From contig NC_083232.1 of the NCBI RefSeq assembly GCF_032191835.1, forward strand, positions 52,824,001-52,888,000: a stretch of DNA of 64,000 nucleotides, given 5' to 3'. The translations under genes and the position numbers were made by a program. This DNA comes from Heteronotia binoei. Taxonomy: Eukaryota. Positions 1-12,520 of this stretch are shown here, piece by piece (position 1 is the stretch's first letter; every line of letters begins with the position of its first letter). Below the pieces are notes generated by a model. It was not told the origin of the DNA. It saw only the letters and a program-made list of their open reading frames with translations, and searched no databases.

Positions 1-157
1 AGCAACCTTGAACCAAGGCTGTGATGTTCACTATGCTATCTTTATTGCTAGGGAGATATGAACCTAAAATGTCTGTGAGTCTCAGTGTTGCAGAGCTTTG
101 TAGTCCAGAGGGAGAGGAATCTTTCAAGAATCCATTCAGTTTCACTTTTCTTTACAG

Positions 158-258
158 GAACTGTGTGCCATGTCATCATTCTAATTCATCTCAAATTACA
201 CTTGACCAGTGCAAAGCCTCATGCACTTACAGGGTCCATTATATAGAAAAATCTTCAG
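158..258 (+). CDS. ITGB8: Integrin beta-8, third-last coding exon (beta-tail domain)
   Basis: tttacag| acceptor and |gtaggt donor. Translates (W)NCVPCHHSNSSQITLDQCKASCTYRVHYIEKSS, resembling human WNCMQCLHPHNLSQAILDQCKTSC. Phase 1 end joins the next exon. Confidence 0.93.
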
Positions 259-1599
259 GTAGGTTAAAATAATCTATGAATCTGTTATTATGTTTTTATA
301 TGAAAGATTTCCTCATTCTCTCCTTTTGAGTTTGCATGAAGCGTAGTTTTTGACACAGGAACCTATTATTGGAGGATGCACCCTTCCTTTTTCAACATCT
401 GCAGAATTATGCTTTGCCAAAATGTAGGAATGTTGTGGTAATTGTGGGAGGGCGGGTGGTGACCCTGTCTTCCCACAGCTACACTTAGCACCTAAGCAGG
501 GAGAATAGGGACCCATGTTTTTCTCTTCTCCCCAAACTTTACTCTTTCCAGCATCAGGAGGTAAGGTCCACCATGTTTTCATCAGCTGGCTTCCCAGACC
601 CATTATTTGCATTGGGCCTGACCTCACCTTCACCTTCTTGCCATAAGGCCTCAACCCATGAGAAGCTGGGGCCTATTGCTTTCACCTTCCCAGCCTCACT
701 CTTAGTCACAACCCAGGAACTAGCCCTGCCTAGGCTGTAGGTAACAAGACCCCACCTCCCAAGGACTTTCCTGCCGTGCCTCAGACAAGAGGCTGAGTCC
801 TGGGCCCTGTCTGCTGCCATCCAGATGGGGTTTTAAAAGGCTAGCCTGGTACCTAATCCTGCCTCCTGTCACCAGGGTAAGACTTGGGCAAGTCCTAAAA
901 AGAGCTGCCTAACCTACCAGACCCTGGTGCCAGTGCTGGTGCCTTCTGGAGCAGGTTGATTTCAGTGTGAATCAAAGGAACACATGTTTTGTTTTTATAG
1001 ATGGTGTTTCTTGCTCTCACTATTATTTATATTTTCATGTTGGAATTAAAAGACAAATCTCTTTGTTTTCTCTAGGAAAAGTGAAACCTAAATAACAACA
1101 GGGAATGTAGTTGGCAAGCATTTCTAGTCTGGGCATTTCCATGCCCTTGAGAAATTTCATCAGCTGCTGTTGAAGCCTGCCGGAGTAATGCAGGGAGAAA
1201 TAGTTTTATAAGCCTGTTATTACTGTTTCATTTCTCCTTATATGGTTATTTCATACCCGAATGAATGTTTCAATATGTGCTTTTCCTTTTTAAAAACTTT
1301 AAGGGATTGCTTATTCCCATATGAAGTTACACACCTGAGGAAATTTGAAGGCCTTCTTAAAGGTACTTCTCCCATTAGAGGTGGAATAGTCATGTAGTGA
1401 CCTCTGTTCTGTCAAATTTCCTCTTGAGGCAACTCCCTTAGATCCATGCCACTGACTTTACATCATGGTGGTGCTGGTTCTGCTGCTTTTTATGATTTTA
1501 TTGTTATTATGTTTTTATGATTTCATTGCTGTTTTGCAGATAAAAAGGGCAAAAGGGGAGCAATAAAAATACGTAAATGGTGTCCAGTTCATATGATTG

Positions 1600-1810
1600 T
1601 CTGGGTATATATGAAATTGCCTTATATAGAATCAGTCCATCAAAATAATTATTGAATATTCAGACTTGCAGTGACTCTCCAGGGTCTCAGGCAGAGTTTC
1701 TCCACATCAACTACTACTTGATCCTGTTAGTTGGAGATGCTGGAGATTGAACCTGGGTCCTTCTGTATGTCAGTAAGATGCTCTATCACTGAGCTGTGGC
1801 CTCTCCCCTT
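1600..1810 (-). mobile_element. tRNA-headed SINE with CR1-like tail (Squam2-like); further copies at 22470-22630 and 62222-62365
   Basis: Reverse complement of ggccacagctcagtgatagagcatc...cccaggttcaatctccagcatctccaac (A and B boxes) followed by ctgagaccctggagag. Confidence 0.65.
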
Positions 1811-2742
1811 TTCTTTTTTTTCCCTACTAGCTTGGCAGTAGTTGCAGAATTCAGATAGAAAATATGCAAAAAAGGTTTGCTTTTGACATTGGCCTCATGA
1901 AAGGCCCTCAAGTTTACTGTGTCTGGATTCCGATCCACGGCCAGCCACCCTGGTGGCACCAACATTATGGAAGGTTTCAGAAGACTGGCCCATAGTCAGC
2001 CCCAGCCCCTGAGAATGTGCTCACAGACAATTCCATGTTGCTAATACAAATTTTTGAGTCTTCCACATGCATTGTCTTGCTATCAATTGATGCAGGGTCT
2101 TTAAAGCAGCTAACCTCACTCCCTTTCCAGACTGCCTCAGTCACTCCCTTCCCTGTGCTCTTGTTCCACCTTTTTCAGAGCTGGGGGATTTGCCACATCT
2201 CCTATAACAAGCCTCTCCCCAGCTGGTGCCCTTTTGGCCAGACTTGTACCACTGGCCTTGATCTCCCCAGAATGCAACTTGGTGGGCCTCCTGTTGGCAC
2301 TTTGCCTTCTCCTCCCACCCTAACTGAATGTTGGGTTCCTTCAGCATTCTGTGTTCATTAAAATGCCTGATTCTGGCTATTGTCCTCAGAACGTGGTTGT
2401 CTGACTGTGCGCTTACATTCACAAAAGCTCAGCCAAGTCATCTTTTGCCCATAGTTGTGGATTTGAGGAGATGACAAAACTAGTCTTTGATCCGGGTACT
2501 TCTTTTAGTTCTGGCTTTTCAATATAGCTACACTATATTGGTAGTGTTAAGGCTGCAAATCTTTCTCATGAATATACTTTCCATGACCTAACACACACAC
2601 ACATAATTACATTTATTCAACCTTTAACATGGCAGAATGCTTAGATAAAGGTAATTTGCAAAAGGCAGCTGAATTCCTACTGATGGCTTCACTTGTTAGA
2701 CCTTGATGGTAATGCAAGTTTTTGTTTTCTTTCTTATTGCAG

Positions 2743-2909
2743 AATGCATCTCGAATGATCCAAGCCACTGCAGAATCTTCTTCATAATCTTTATAGTTAC
2801 GTTTCTTTTTGGATTGCTTAATGTACTTATAATCCGGCAAATAGTTCTGCAGTGGAGCAATAATAAATTTAAGTCTTCAGTTGACTATAGAGTACCTGCA
2901 GCAAAAAAG
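2743..2909 (+). CDS. ITGB8: Integrin beta-8, penultimate exon (transmembrane helix and start of cytoplasmic tail)
   Basis: ttattgcag| and |gtaact. ECISNDPSHCRIFFIIFIVTFLFGLLNVLIIRQIVLQWSNNKFKSSVDYRVPAAKK closely matches the recalled human RIFFIIFIVTFLIGLLKVLIIRQVILQWNSNKIKSSSDYRVSASKK. Confidence 0.97.
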
Positions 2910-3014
2910 GTAACTAATGCCAGAGAATCATAATGCATGTATTTCTTCCCTTGAACATTTAAGACAATATTAATTGTGTGGGGATTTCTAACTGGTTATA
3001 TCTTCTTGTTCAAG

Positions 3015-3137
3015 GATAAGATGTTCTTGCCTGCTGTTTGTACAAAAACTATAACCTACAGACGTGATAAGCCTGAAGAAATAAACATTGGCACTACCAA
3101 GTTACAAGTAAATGAAACTTTCAAATGCGACTCCTGA
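3015..3137 (+). CDS. ITGB8: Integrin beta-8, last coding exon to stop
   Basis: Follows a 105-bp GT-AG intron. DKMFLPAVCTKTITYRRDKPEEINIGTTKLQVNETFKCDS* (123 bp) resembles human DKLILQSVCTRAVTYRREKPEEIKMDISKLNAHETFRCNF*. Confidence 0.97.
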   Translation, partial: DKMFLPAVCTKTITYRRDKPEEINIGTTKLQVNETFKCDS

Positions 3138-4479
3138 AGACAGACCACTTTCTTCAAAGCCTATTTTTGCAGGCCACAAAGTTTATTTGGGAGGCCCTTG
3201 TCTGATATGTTGGACTTGGTATGAGTACTGTAATGAAAAGGCCAGACCTAAAAGCCTTTGTTGCTCAACACAGCTAGGCTTGAACAGAGCTGCTCCATTT
3301 TGAAAGAGACATGAGCAATAACTGCTGATTAACAAAGTAGTCTAGTTAAGCTGAGATATATAGACTGGAGCCAATTCAGCCCCATTTGATGACCCAAGAG
3401 GGCCAGCCTAGTTTCATATTGAAGGGGGCTTAATATTTGTTCACAACACCACTCAGCATTGTAGCACTTTAATGCAATTTAACAACATTTTGGCATAAAA
3501 TGTTGAACTAAACTGGTGTGACAAAAGCACTGATTTCACTTTAGAGGTAGCTAACACAGACTTGATCTATGGCAGGGATTCTCATACTGTGTCAAGAAAA
3601 TACAACAGACACAACCAATGGCATTTTAACTGCCAGTGCTAACAGATTGGAGGACAAGAAAGCAGAACCAGATGAACCCAAAACTAAAAATTCTGCTAAA
3701 AGATTGGTTGTTCTACTGATTTCTATTCCACCTCCAGCACTGATGGTTAAATCTCAGTGTTCTATATTGCACTAAGAGGTCAGCTTTCATTCATCCTACT
3801 AACAAAAAGACACTAATGGCACAATCCTAAGCAGAATTACACCGTTCTAAGACCATTAACCTCAATGGATTTAAAAGAGTGTAACTCAAGACTGCACTGT
3901 AAGGCCACTGTCCTAAACATACTGTTTGGGAAGCAAGTCACATTAAACTCTGTGACATTTATTTTCAAATATGCATGGTTGGGATTGGGCTGCAGATTCT
4001 TAGAGGCCAGCAGTGGGAGATGGTTCTTCTCAGCAACTGTGCAGCCATCAGTAAGGAAATTCACTTTGCTTATCAAAAACCACTCTCTGAATGAACAAAT
4101 CATGTGATGAAAACTAACCAAGCTGTATTGCAGAGAGCCCTAGAAGCAACAAGAATATTTGTATACAGCACATTTGATAAGGTTGTTTTCCTCTGTAGTT
4201 GCTACTAATTGTGCTGATCTTGTTTGTTTTGAAGTCTTTTTAAAATTTAATAGCATATTTTCTTGCAAGAGACTGGAGTAAACAAAATTATTATTACTAC
4301 TGGGTTTTTAAAGCCAAAATTCTGTAGCAGTTAGAAATTATTTGTACAGAATTTAAGACTGCATTAAAACATTCCACTTCACTTGACTAGCAGATTTTTA
4401 TGAGTTTCAAAATATCATGTTAGTACAGAAAAGTCTGGTGGCAGTCATGTAGCTGATACGAAAGGATTACCACTTAGGG

Positions 4480-4720
4480 TCTAACTATGATACACTGGGA
4501 GTTCTTTGAATTAGATTCATGAAGGATAGGTTCATCAGTGACCACTAGCCATGACAACTGAAAAGAACCTCCTCATCAAGAGGTAAACTTTTAAATACTT
4601 GTGCTAGGAGGTGGCATCAGGGAAAGGCTTTAACCTTTCTGCCCTGTTGGTTGGCCAATGTGTGAAACAGGATTTTGGACTAGGTGAGCCACTGGTCTAA
4701 TCCAGCAGAACTGCTCTTAC
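4480..4720 (+). mobile_element. CR1 3' end (degenerate)
   Basis: ttagattcatgaaggataggttcatcagtg...ggactag..ccactggtctaatccagcag..ctgctctta terminus. Confidence 0.7.
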
Positions 4721-5155
4721 GTTACGAGTCATGAGTCCCAGTATTCTTTAAAGTCAGTTATCATGTGTGCAGTGGCCTGACAGAGATAGGGATGGGATCA
4801 CAAGGGGAGAGGGGGTTAAGTCTTTCCCTCCATGTTTTTCTCCTAATTTAAAATGGTTGAAGGGTGCCTTTATTTGGTCTTGTTTTCCCAATATAGCAGA
4901 TATGCCAGTAGGATGCAGGTGTAACCTCTCCCCTGTTTACATCATCCTCTTGATTGTAACCAGGCCTCCGTATTCCTGGTGGCTTTTGAAAGGACTGGGA
5001 GCTCCTGACAAAAACTCTCACTGTATTCTCTATAGGACTAACCACTTAAATCATACCCTTAAAAAACTTAAAAATCTCCACTGGCTCAGACTTCAAGCTA
5101 GTATCTCATTAAAAGTTTAAGAAACTGACCCAGTAGATTCAGATATGTGTGGAAC

Positions 5156-5271
5156 CAGGGCTTTTTTTGAGCAATTGCACAGGAACACAGTTCCGACTGG
5201 CTTGGTGTCAGGGGGCATGGTCTAATATGCAAATGAGCTTCTGCTGAGCTTTTTCTACAAAAAAAGCCCTG
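5156..5271. mobile_element. hAT MITE (CAGGGCTTTTT TIR family)
   Basis: TIRs cagggctttttt/aaaaaagccctg; 8-bp TSD tgtggaac/tgtggaat. Confidence 0.88.
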
Positions 5272-6810
5272 TGTGGAATCCTTACCCCTAATAACAGAGT
5301 GGTGTTGTAAATTCCATGCTCATCATATCTGCTGCACTGAAGGACCTTCTCTCAGCACTGATTCGAATTGGAAGAATTTCCATATGTGGAAACTTTGCAC
5401 ATTGTAATCTGTGGATCATTTGATCAAACCAAGTTATTAACTTGTTGATATAATGGAACCTGGAGTTCTCCTGGAAGGGCAGCTGATCTGCATATTACAG
5501 AGATCAGTTCCCCTGGAAGAAATGGCAGCTTTGGTGGCTGTGCACTATGGTATTGCATCCCCATTGAGCTTCTTCCCCAAGCATTGCCCACATCTCCAGG
5601 AACTGGAGTTGGCAACCCTAGGAACCCTGTGACTACAATGCTCAAACCACACTACATAGCACTTTGAGGATTAGAATGTATATTGCTCTCTGGAAACTCA
5701 TCCTAAATAATTCCTTTCTTTTTTCTTTTGCACACTCTTAGAAAAGGTACATAATAGTGTCAAAGTACTTAAATGTCACTATAAACATCTTGCAGCCTAT
5801 TATTTTTCCTAACAAATAATTGGATTTTCCTTCTCTTTATATGTTGTATGTTCTCTTTACTATGTTGTAATCTCTTTGATTCTTGCATATAACTACAGAA
5901 AACTACAGAAAAACAGATGCAATTTGAAATGTATATTTTGCAGTGGTATCTGATGTTTTTGCTTTTATCATATTTAATTTGTATTGTACTTTTTGTAAAA
6001 ATAAGTGTGGATAAGTCATCTGTTTTTATGGATTTATTTAATATGTAGAATCTTTCTAGGAAAAAACAGCAGTTCAGAATATAAATACACATTGTTCATT
6101 ATAATCTTTTAAACCATTTGAAACAAATCACTGCTTTAACTTCCCTGAAAGCTTACTACGTGTTTTATTTAAAGTATATTTTTGTAGTGTATATAACTAA
6201 CTTTAATTTCAGTTTATTTATTAATTTGTCACTTTAGTATATCAAGAGATAGTTTATTTTTTTATGAGAGCTGCAATAACCATGACTTAGCATTAAGTTA
6301 ATGCAAAATTATTGTACATTGTCTAAAAAAATTAAAAGAATCTCTGCCTCTGATTCCTTTTGTTAAGTTGTGTCTTTCTTCCATCTTTAGTGACATGCTT
6401 GTCATGTTCTCTCTACTGAAAGGCCTTTATTTTATTTTTATTTTTTAAAAAAAGAATATTTGAGTGTGATTGCTATAATCCTGTTTATCATAATTTATGT
6501 GCAAATCCTGGTGAAGTCATGTTTTGTTTTCTTTAATAATGTGGTCTTTTAAAAGTCTTGGGTTGGATCCAAAGGTTGTGTTTCAGCAATGGTGAAGCAT
6601 TCTTCCAGTAAAAAAGAATGGAGAAAGAATCCCTCATTAGTAGGTCAGAACCTTTGGATCAGACACCTGAAATTTATCTTCAAGTAATTGAAATTCAGGA
6701 TTTGGCAGGTGTAAGTTGAAGGAAATAGTTGTATTGAAATAATTATACTGAAACTTAATTTGCTGTTCAACCTCTATCTATATTTATGGACTGGTAACTT
6801 CCATTTCAAT

Positions 6811-6890
6811 GTATCTGAGAGCATGTGCGTGCACATGAAAGCTCATACCTTAAATAAAACTTTGTTGGACTTAAAGGTGCCAGAGGATAC
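6811..6890 (+). mobile_element. Penelope-like terminal-repeat remnant with degenerate minimal hammerhead motif (relatives at 14795-14975, 21381-21450, 28751-28875, 32805-32937, 35736-35822, 46266-46345)
   Basis: GTAT-CTGAgagc-ATGTG(cgtg)CACAT-GAAA-GCTC-ATAC layout followed by the ttaaaggtgccactggactc-type tail shared among copies. Confidence 0.7.
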
Positions 6891-6984
6891 AGCCGTTGCT
6901 GTCCTTGGCCAAATGTGCAGCAAAACCTCTCTGCCTTACAAACCCTGCAGAACTGCTTCACATCCTGCAGGGCCTGGATGTTAT

Positions 6985-7450
6985 TTGGCAGTAAGTTTCA
7001 CCAGGTTGAAGCCAGAGCAGAAAATGCTCTGGTTCTGGTCAAGGACAGCCAGATATCCCTTGGGCCAGGGATCACCAGTAGATTTTGGTCTACCAAGCGT
7101 AACACTCTTCTGAGGGTATACCAGGAGAGGCTGTCCCGAAGATACAAGGATCCCAGCCCATAAAGGGCCTTAAAGGTCAGCACTAGAACCTTGAACCGCA
7201 TCTGGTACTCCACTGGAAGCTGGTGCAGCTCAAATAGCACAGGCTGAATGCGCATTGTGTACCCAGACTTTGTAAGGAGCCACACCACTGCATTCTGCAC
7301 GTGTTGGAGTTTCTGGGTCAGCCTCCAGGTTAGACCACATAGAGCCTACATGGTTCACTCATACCAGTGTAATCTTAAGGGCACTCGTCCCAGAGTAAGC
7401 CCTGTTGAATAATGTGAGACTTGGACCTGCTGGGGATTGCTCCCATTGTC
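6985..7450 (-). mobile_element. L2 LINE ORF2 C-terminal fragment
   Basis: QNAVVWLLT...LHQLPVEYQMRFKVLVLTFKALYGLG..YLRDSL...TRTRAFS. Confidence 0.88.
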
Positions 7451-7544
7451 TAGCATTGGTCCATCAGTACTTATGTAGCAGTTTGGCAAGTATTTACTGA
7501 CAAGTTTGTCCTTGTGTAGTTGTCCATCTTAGTCACATCATACA

Positions 7545-7770
7545 GAGGAAGAAAACTGCAGATTGATACCCCGCCCTTCTCTCTGAATCAGAGACTCAGA
7601 GTGGTTTACAATCTCCTATATCTTCTCCCCCCACAACAGACACCCTGTGAGGTGGGTGGGGCGGAGAGGGCTCTCACAGCAGCTGTCCTTTCAAGGACAA
7701 CTCCTGCGACAGCTCTGGCTAACCCAGATAAGAGTCCACACACTTTACCACTACACCAAACTGGCTTTGA
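7545..7770 (-). mobile_element. Squam3 (gecko-type) SINE with internal deletion
   Basis: Same sequence as 35461/40751/58576 but lacking about 60 bp after the tRNA-related head. Confidence 0.85.
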
Positions 7771-8997
7771 GAGACAATTTCATAACACTTGCACTTGAGT
7801 CTTGAGAGAAACTTTATTTATATAGACCTTCCCACTTAAATGCCAGGATACAAAAACTAATTTCAGTTTTCATCATCCACAAGAATGAAAATAAATCCAT
7901 GGAACTTTCATCTGCTACATTAAGGTCTTACTGCAAATGAACAGTGGGATTACAGTAGGAACAGCTAAATCTCAATAAATCTTACCATTTTGCTTCTACT
8001 TTTTAAATTCTTTTCCATTTAGCGCTGTACACTGTTTGCTCAGCATAATCCCAAGAATAGTTTTGTTGGATTTACTTGAATTGCAAAAGTTTGGACAGCC
8101 AAAACAAAATCAAATTGCTTCCTGAAAACTGTTGGTATAAAAATATTATTTCTGTGATATAGAATTGCAGATTCTCATATGTCTTGTGCAATTGTGTGTA
8201 AATAGTGGGCACTGAGTTCTGGAATACTGCAAATAATGGAAATGAGGTGCATGATGAAATTGAATAATGTGCATTTTCAACTGCTTGACACACAGATTAA
8301 ATGGTACACAACCTGTGACAAGTGATGGCATTGAAGTTGTAAAAGGCTGTGGCAAACATGCAATGCCTTGGAGAGAGTGCTAGCTGAAAGACCACTTCCT
8401 ATGAAAATCTTGTTTTCTTTAGGTGTTTCTCACTGAGGCATTTAAGTGGGGCAGCCTGGTTTAACTTAAATCTAAAGAGATTTTAACCCAAGCTGGTTAT
8501 GGCCACAAGCCATGACTAATGTGGACTGAGTGAACCACAAAAAAGTTGTTTTGCCTTTTTGCTATGTAATCATCATGGATTGTATATAGCAGAAACTGAA
8601 GCTGGCCACATGTTCAGTGCAAGGTCATGGAAAAATGATCTTCCCAGGTCTTCCAGAACATTACATCTACTATTGCGGTATAAGCTTTTTGTTCCTATTG
8701 AATTATATTTAGACTCTTGGCTTCATTTTGTTTTTTAGAGTGCTCCTCAGTTACTTTCCTTACTTCTCTCCTTACTTCTGACCAGTTACGAAGAAGACCA
8801 CAAACAGTAGATTAAGTCATGCATGTGATCATGACCTGCATGGGAAGATAGGATATGTATGTATTTATTTCAAACATTTATATACCACTTTTCCACCCAG
8901 ATAGGGTTCTTAGGGTGGTAAACATCAAAACATTAAAACAATTCAACAGTACAACAGCATGTGTGTGTGTGTGTAATTAATTCAATAAACAAATACA

Positions 8998-9189
8998 CAG
9001 GGCTTTTTTGTAGAAAAAGCCCAGCAGGAACTCAACTGGCATATTAGGTCAACCCCGATGTCACCATTGTTTCACACAGGACTTTTTGTATAAAAAGCCC
9101 AGCAGGAACTCATCTGTACATTAGGCCACATCCCCTGACACCAAGCCAGCCAGAACGGCATTCCTGTGCATTCCTGCTAAAAAATCCTG
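8998..9189. mobile_element. hAT MITE (CAGGGCTTTTT family)
   Basis: Same internal sequence as the 28227 copy; right TIR degenerate. Confidence 0.8.
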
Positions 9190-9369
9190 AAAAACCCATA
9201 TACACACAACACAACCAATGAAACAAGTAGTCTGTACCTGTTGGTAGAAAATGAAGGATCTCCATGAGGAGAGAATTCCAAAACTTCAGCAACATGACCT
9301 AAGAAGGCATTTTCTCAGATTGCCACAGATCTAACCTCAGGTGGTGGGAACACAGGAAGCAGACCCTTG

Positions 9370-9780
9370 GAGTGTACAGGTAGAAGTGTACAGGTAGGTT
9401 CATATGGGAGTAGACAGTCCTTAAGGTATGCTGACCCCAAGCCTTATAGGGCTTCAAAGGTCAATGATAGCACTTTGAATTGGGCCTGGAAGCAAATTAG
9501 GATCCAATGTAGATAGGTTAAGCCTGGAGTGATATAATCCCTACAACCCACTCCAGTCAAAATTCTAGCTACAGCATTCTATGCCATCTAGCTTTCAGAC
9601 AGTCTTCAATGGCATTCTCATACAAAATACATTGCAGTAATCTAGTCTAGAGGTTACCAAGACATGCACCACAGTGGCACAATATTTCCCTCCCAGGAAA
9701 GGCCTGCGGCTGGCTCACCAGATGAAGTTGGCAAAAGGCACTCCTGACCTGCCACCTGTTTATCCAACAGGAAGTCCTGT
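9370..9780 (-). mobile_element. Old L2 fragment
   Basis: Degenerate similarity to the 6985 and 33600 L2 segments. Confidence 0.65.
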
Positions 9781-10959
9781 TCCAGAGGCAACCCCAACCT
9801 ATGCAGCTGCTTCCCCTACATCACCAGCGTGATGATGTCACCCAGAAGTGATGTCATCGTGACAGCACACACCAGCTGCTCTAGGCATTTACAGGAAAAC
9901 TCTATGGTTTTCCCAGATGCTCTAAGCTATTTGGGAGGGAAAATTCTATGGTACAATAGGTGCTATAGAGTTTCCCCCTCCCAAATGGCTAGAGCAGCTG
10001 GAAAAACCATTTCCCAGAAATGCCTAGAGCAGCTGCACATGGTACCGGGACGGAGGAGATTTGGCAACCCTAATCAGGCCCCTGGAGGGCTCCTAACAGG
10101 ACTACAAACAGCTCATTGACATCTGCTTCCTTCTCTCTCTTCCTACTGCATCACAGCTTGCTTTGCCAGGCTTGCTCAAAACAGGAGATACAGAGCAAAG
10201 ACTCTATTTTCTCCATTGGCTGACCAGCACATGAAACTACTTATGTACAAAAGCTTGCAATGCCCAGACATTTCATGTTTTCCCCTGGGTCTTAGGCTCA
10301 AAGCATTGACCATGAGATTTCTGTAATGAATGTCGATAAATCAAAAGTAGGTTTCCAACTTACAGACATGTACCTGAACAAAACCTGAAAATCATACTCA
10401 AGATTGCTGCAGCACATTGTCTCCAGATTTTGATGCAATAATTCAGAGCAAGAGGTGTCAGTTACCAGAAATATTGCAAGAGTGCTAATTGTTTAAGCAT
10501 ATTTTATATTAAATTTTTAATAAAAATCTTTAATTTTGTTTGTCTGTGTCCTTTATAAAGTTTATATCTTCACTACCTGGAATTACATTTTATGACACAC
10601 ATGACCCGGCCCAACAAGGTCTCATTTATGTCAGATCCAGGCCTCATAACAAATACGTTTGATACCTCTGCCTTAGGGAATGCAACCCCATCCAGAACAT
10701 AAGATATCTTAGTTCCTGGGTCCAACCTCCCCCTCCCCCCCCCCACACACACTGGTTGCACTTAATTTTGTCATTATTAAGTTTCAGTTTGCTAGCTCTC
10801 GTCTATTCCAAAAGTGCTCCCAGGCATGTGCTCAATGTTCCCACAGTCATCCTGGGATCTACTGGAAGTGAAAAACTGAGGTTTCCTGAATCTTCAGTGT
10901 ATGATTTAGAGATCTAGTATTATGGAAGAAGCTGGTCCACTGTCTCCACATCATGCATA

Positions 10960-12520
10960 ATTTTATAGATCTTTATCATGCCTTACCTTACTCACTTTTT
11001 TCCTAAATTAAACAGTCCTAAGCATTGTAACCAATCTTCACAGGGCAGCTGCTCTAACAGTGGCTATTTGTATTGCTATTTTTGGCACCTTTTCAAATTC
11101 TATAATATCCTTTTTCAGGGAAGGTGACCAGAACTGTTCACAATATTCCAAGCATGGCCTCACCATAGATTTGTATAAGGACTGTATGATAACAGCAGTT
11201 TTATTCTCTATTCCTGTTCTAATTACAGCCAGAATTGAATTTGCCTTTTTCACAGCAGCTGCACATGTGATCAACATGTTCATTGAGCAACCTACTACCC
11301 CTTTCTTGGTCAGTTGCTACCAATTCAGGTCAGATTATGCTTCTCTATATAATACTCCTTTGAGAGTTTTTATGTCCTCACAGGTTCATGTATGTAAAGT
11401 ATATTAGAATTTAGTAATTTTGGTCACTATAACCTTCAGGTTGTGTGTATTTTTCAGTCTGAGGTGACCTCTCTCAGGTTGCTTACACTCATTGAGAGTT
11501 ATGGCTCAATATGACATTTTGGGGGTGTTTATGTCCAAGTGATGGTGCAGATCTCCTAGGATTACAACTGATTCCCAGGTGACAGAGACCAGTTCACCTG
11601 AAGAAAATAGCTGCTTTGGAAGGTGAACTCCCTTCCCAAACTTCATCCTCCCCAGGCTCCATCCCCCAAATCTCCAGGTATTTCCCAACCCAGAGCTGGC
11701 ACCCCAACCCCTAAATCCAGGTCATTTAGGAACAAGCTGGAAAGCACTGCCACAGTACAGATCCTTGAGTTACCCTGCTGCTCATTCCTCCATTGTGAGA
11801 AATGACCATTTATTCCTACTCTGTTTCCCGTTCTTTAGTATATTTTCAATTTATAAAGTTGACTTATCTCATTATTCTGAAGTTTGCTCAAGAGTTGTTG
11901 GTGAGGGACTTTGTCAAAATCCTTTTGAAGTCCAAATAAACAATTTCACCTGCTTTATTCCTGTCCACATGTTTATTGACACCTTCACATGACTTACCAT
12001 TGCAGAAGACATGTTGGCTTTTATTCAGCAGGGCTTGTCCTCCTGTATGCTTGACAGTTTTATCATTAATAATGCCTTCTATCAATTTACCCAGAACAGA
12101 CATTAAACTATTTCCAATTTACCCCAATTTCTTGGAATTGTTACAGTTGCCACTCTCCAGTCCCCAGTATGGAGGCTGATCTTAGGCACATGTTACATGT
12201 CTTAGATCAGAAAATCAGCCACTTCACATTTGAGTTCTTCAAGAATTCTAGGTCCTGGTGATTTGTTAATTTGCAATTTGTCTTTAAGTCCTAGGATTTT
12301 ATCTGCCTTATATCTTCAGCTGTGAAGACAGATGAGACAGATTCCTTTGGCTTTTCAGCAATTACCTTCTCCTCCTTCAGTACTCCAGTGGTCCAATTGC
12401 TTCCTGAGCCAGTTTCCTGCTTCTGATATATTTAAAGAATTCTTTATTGTTGGTCTTGATGCTTTAAGTGATATGTCCCTCTGTAATTCTGGCCTTTATT
12501 TATGCAATGTGTTTATTCAA
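10960..12520 (-). mobile_element. CR1 ORF2 fragments, interrupted by a hAT MITE (about 11445-11712)
   Basis: AVKKANSILAVIRTGIENKT..LYKSMVRPCLEYC.QFWSP.LKKDI; GKLIEGII..Q..F..GKSC; VYLDF. Confidence 0.85.

Larger units (their letters stand above)
3138..6550 (+). other. ITGB8: Probable long ITGB8 3' UTR (end uncertain)
   Basis: Follows the stop codon. AU-rich with ATTTA elements near 5700-6550 and miRNA seed matches (GCACTTTA at 3464). The poly(A) site cannot be fixed from sequence alone. Confidence 0.45.

Noticed and set aside
21-157. 5' part of ORF 21-272 as coding
   Set aside because: It is intronic read-through. The ITGB8 similarity begins only after the acceptor at 157.
310-960. Possible solo LTR in the ITGB8 intron
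   Set aside because: The composition is suggestive, but I could not define TG..CA ends, a TSD or a second copy.
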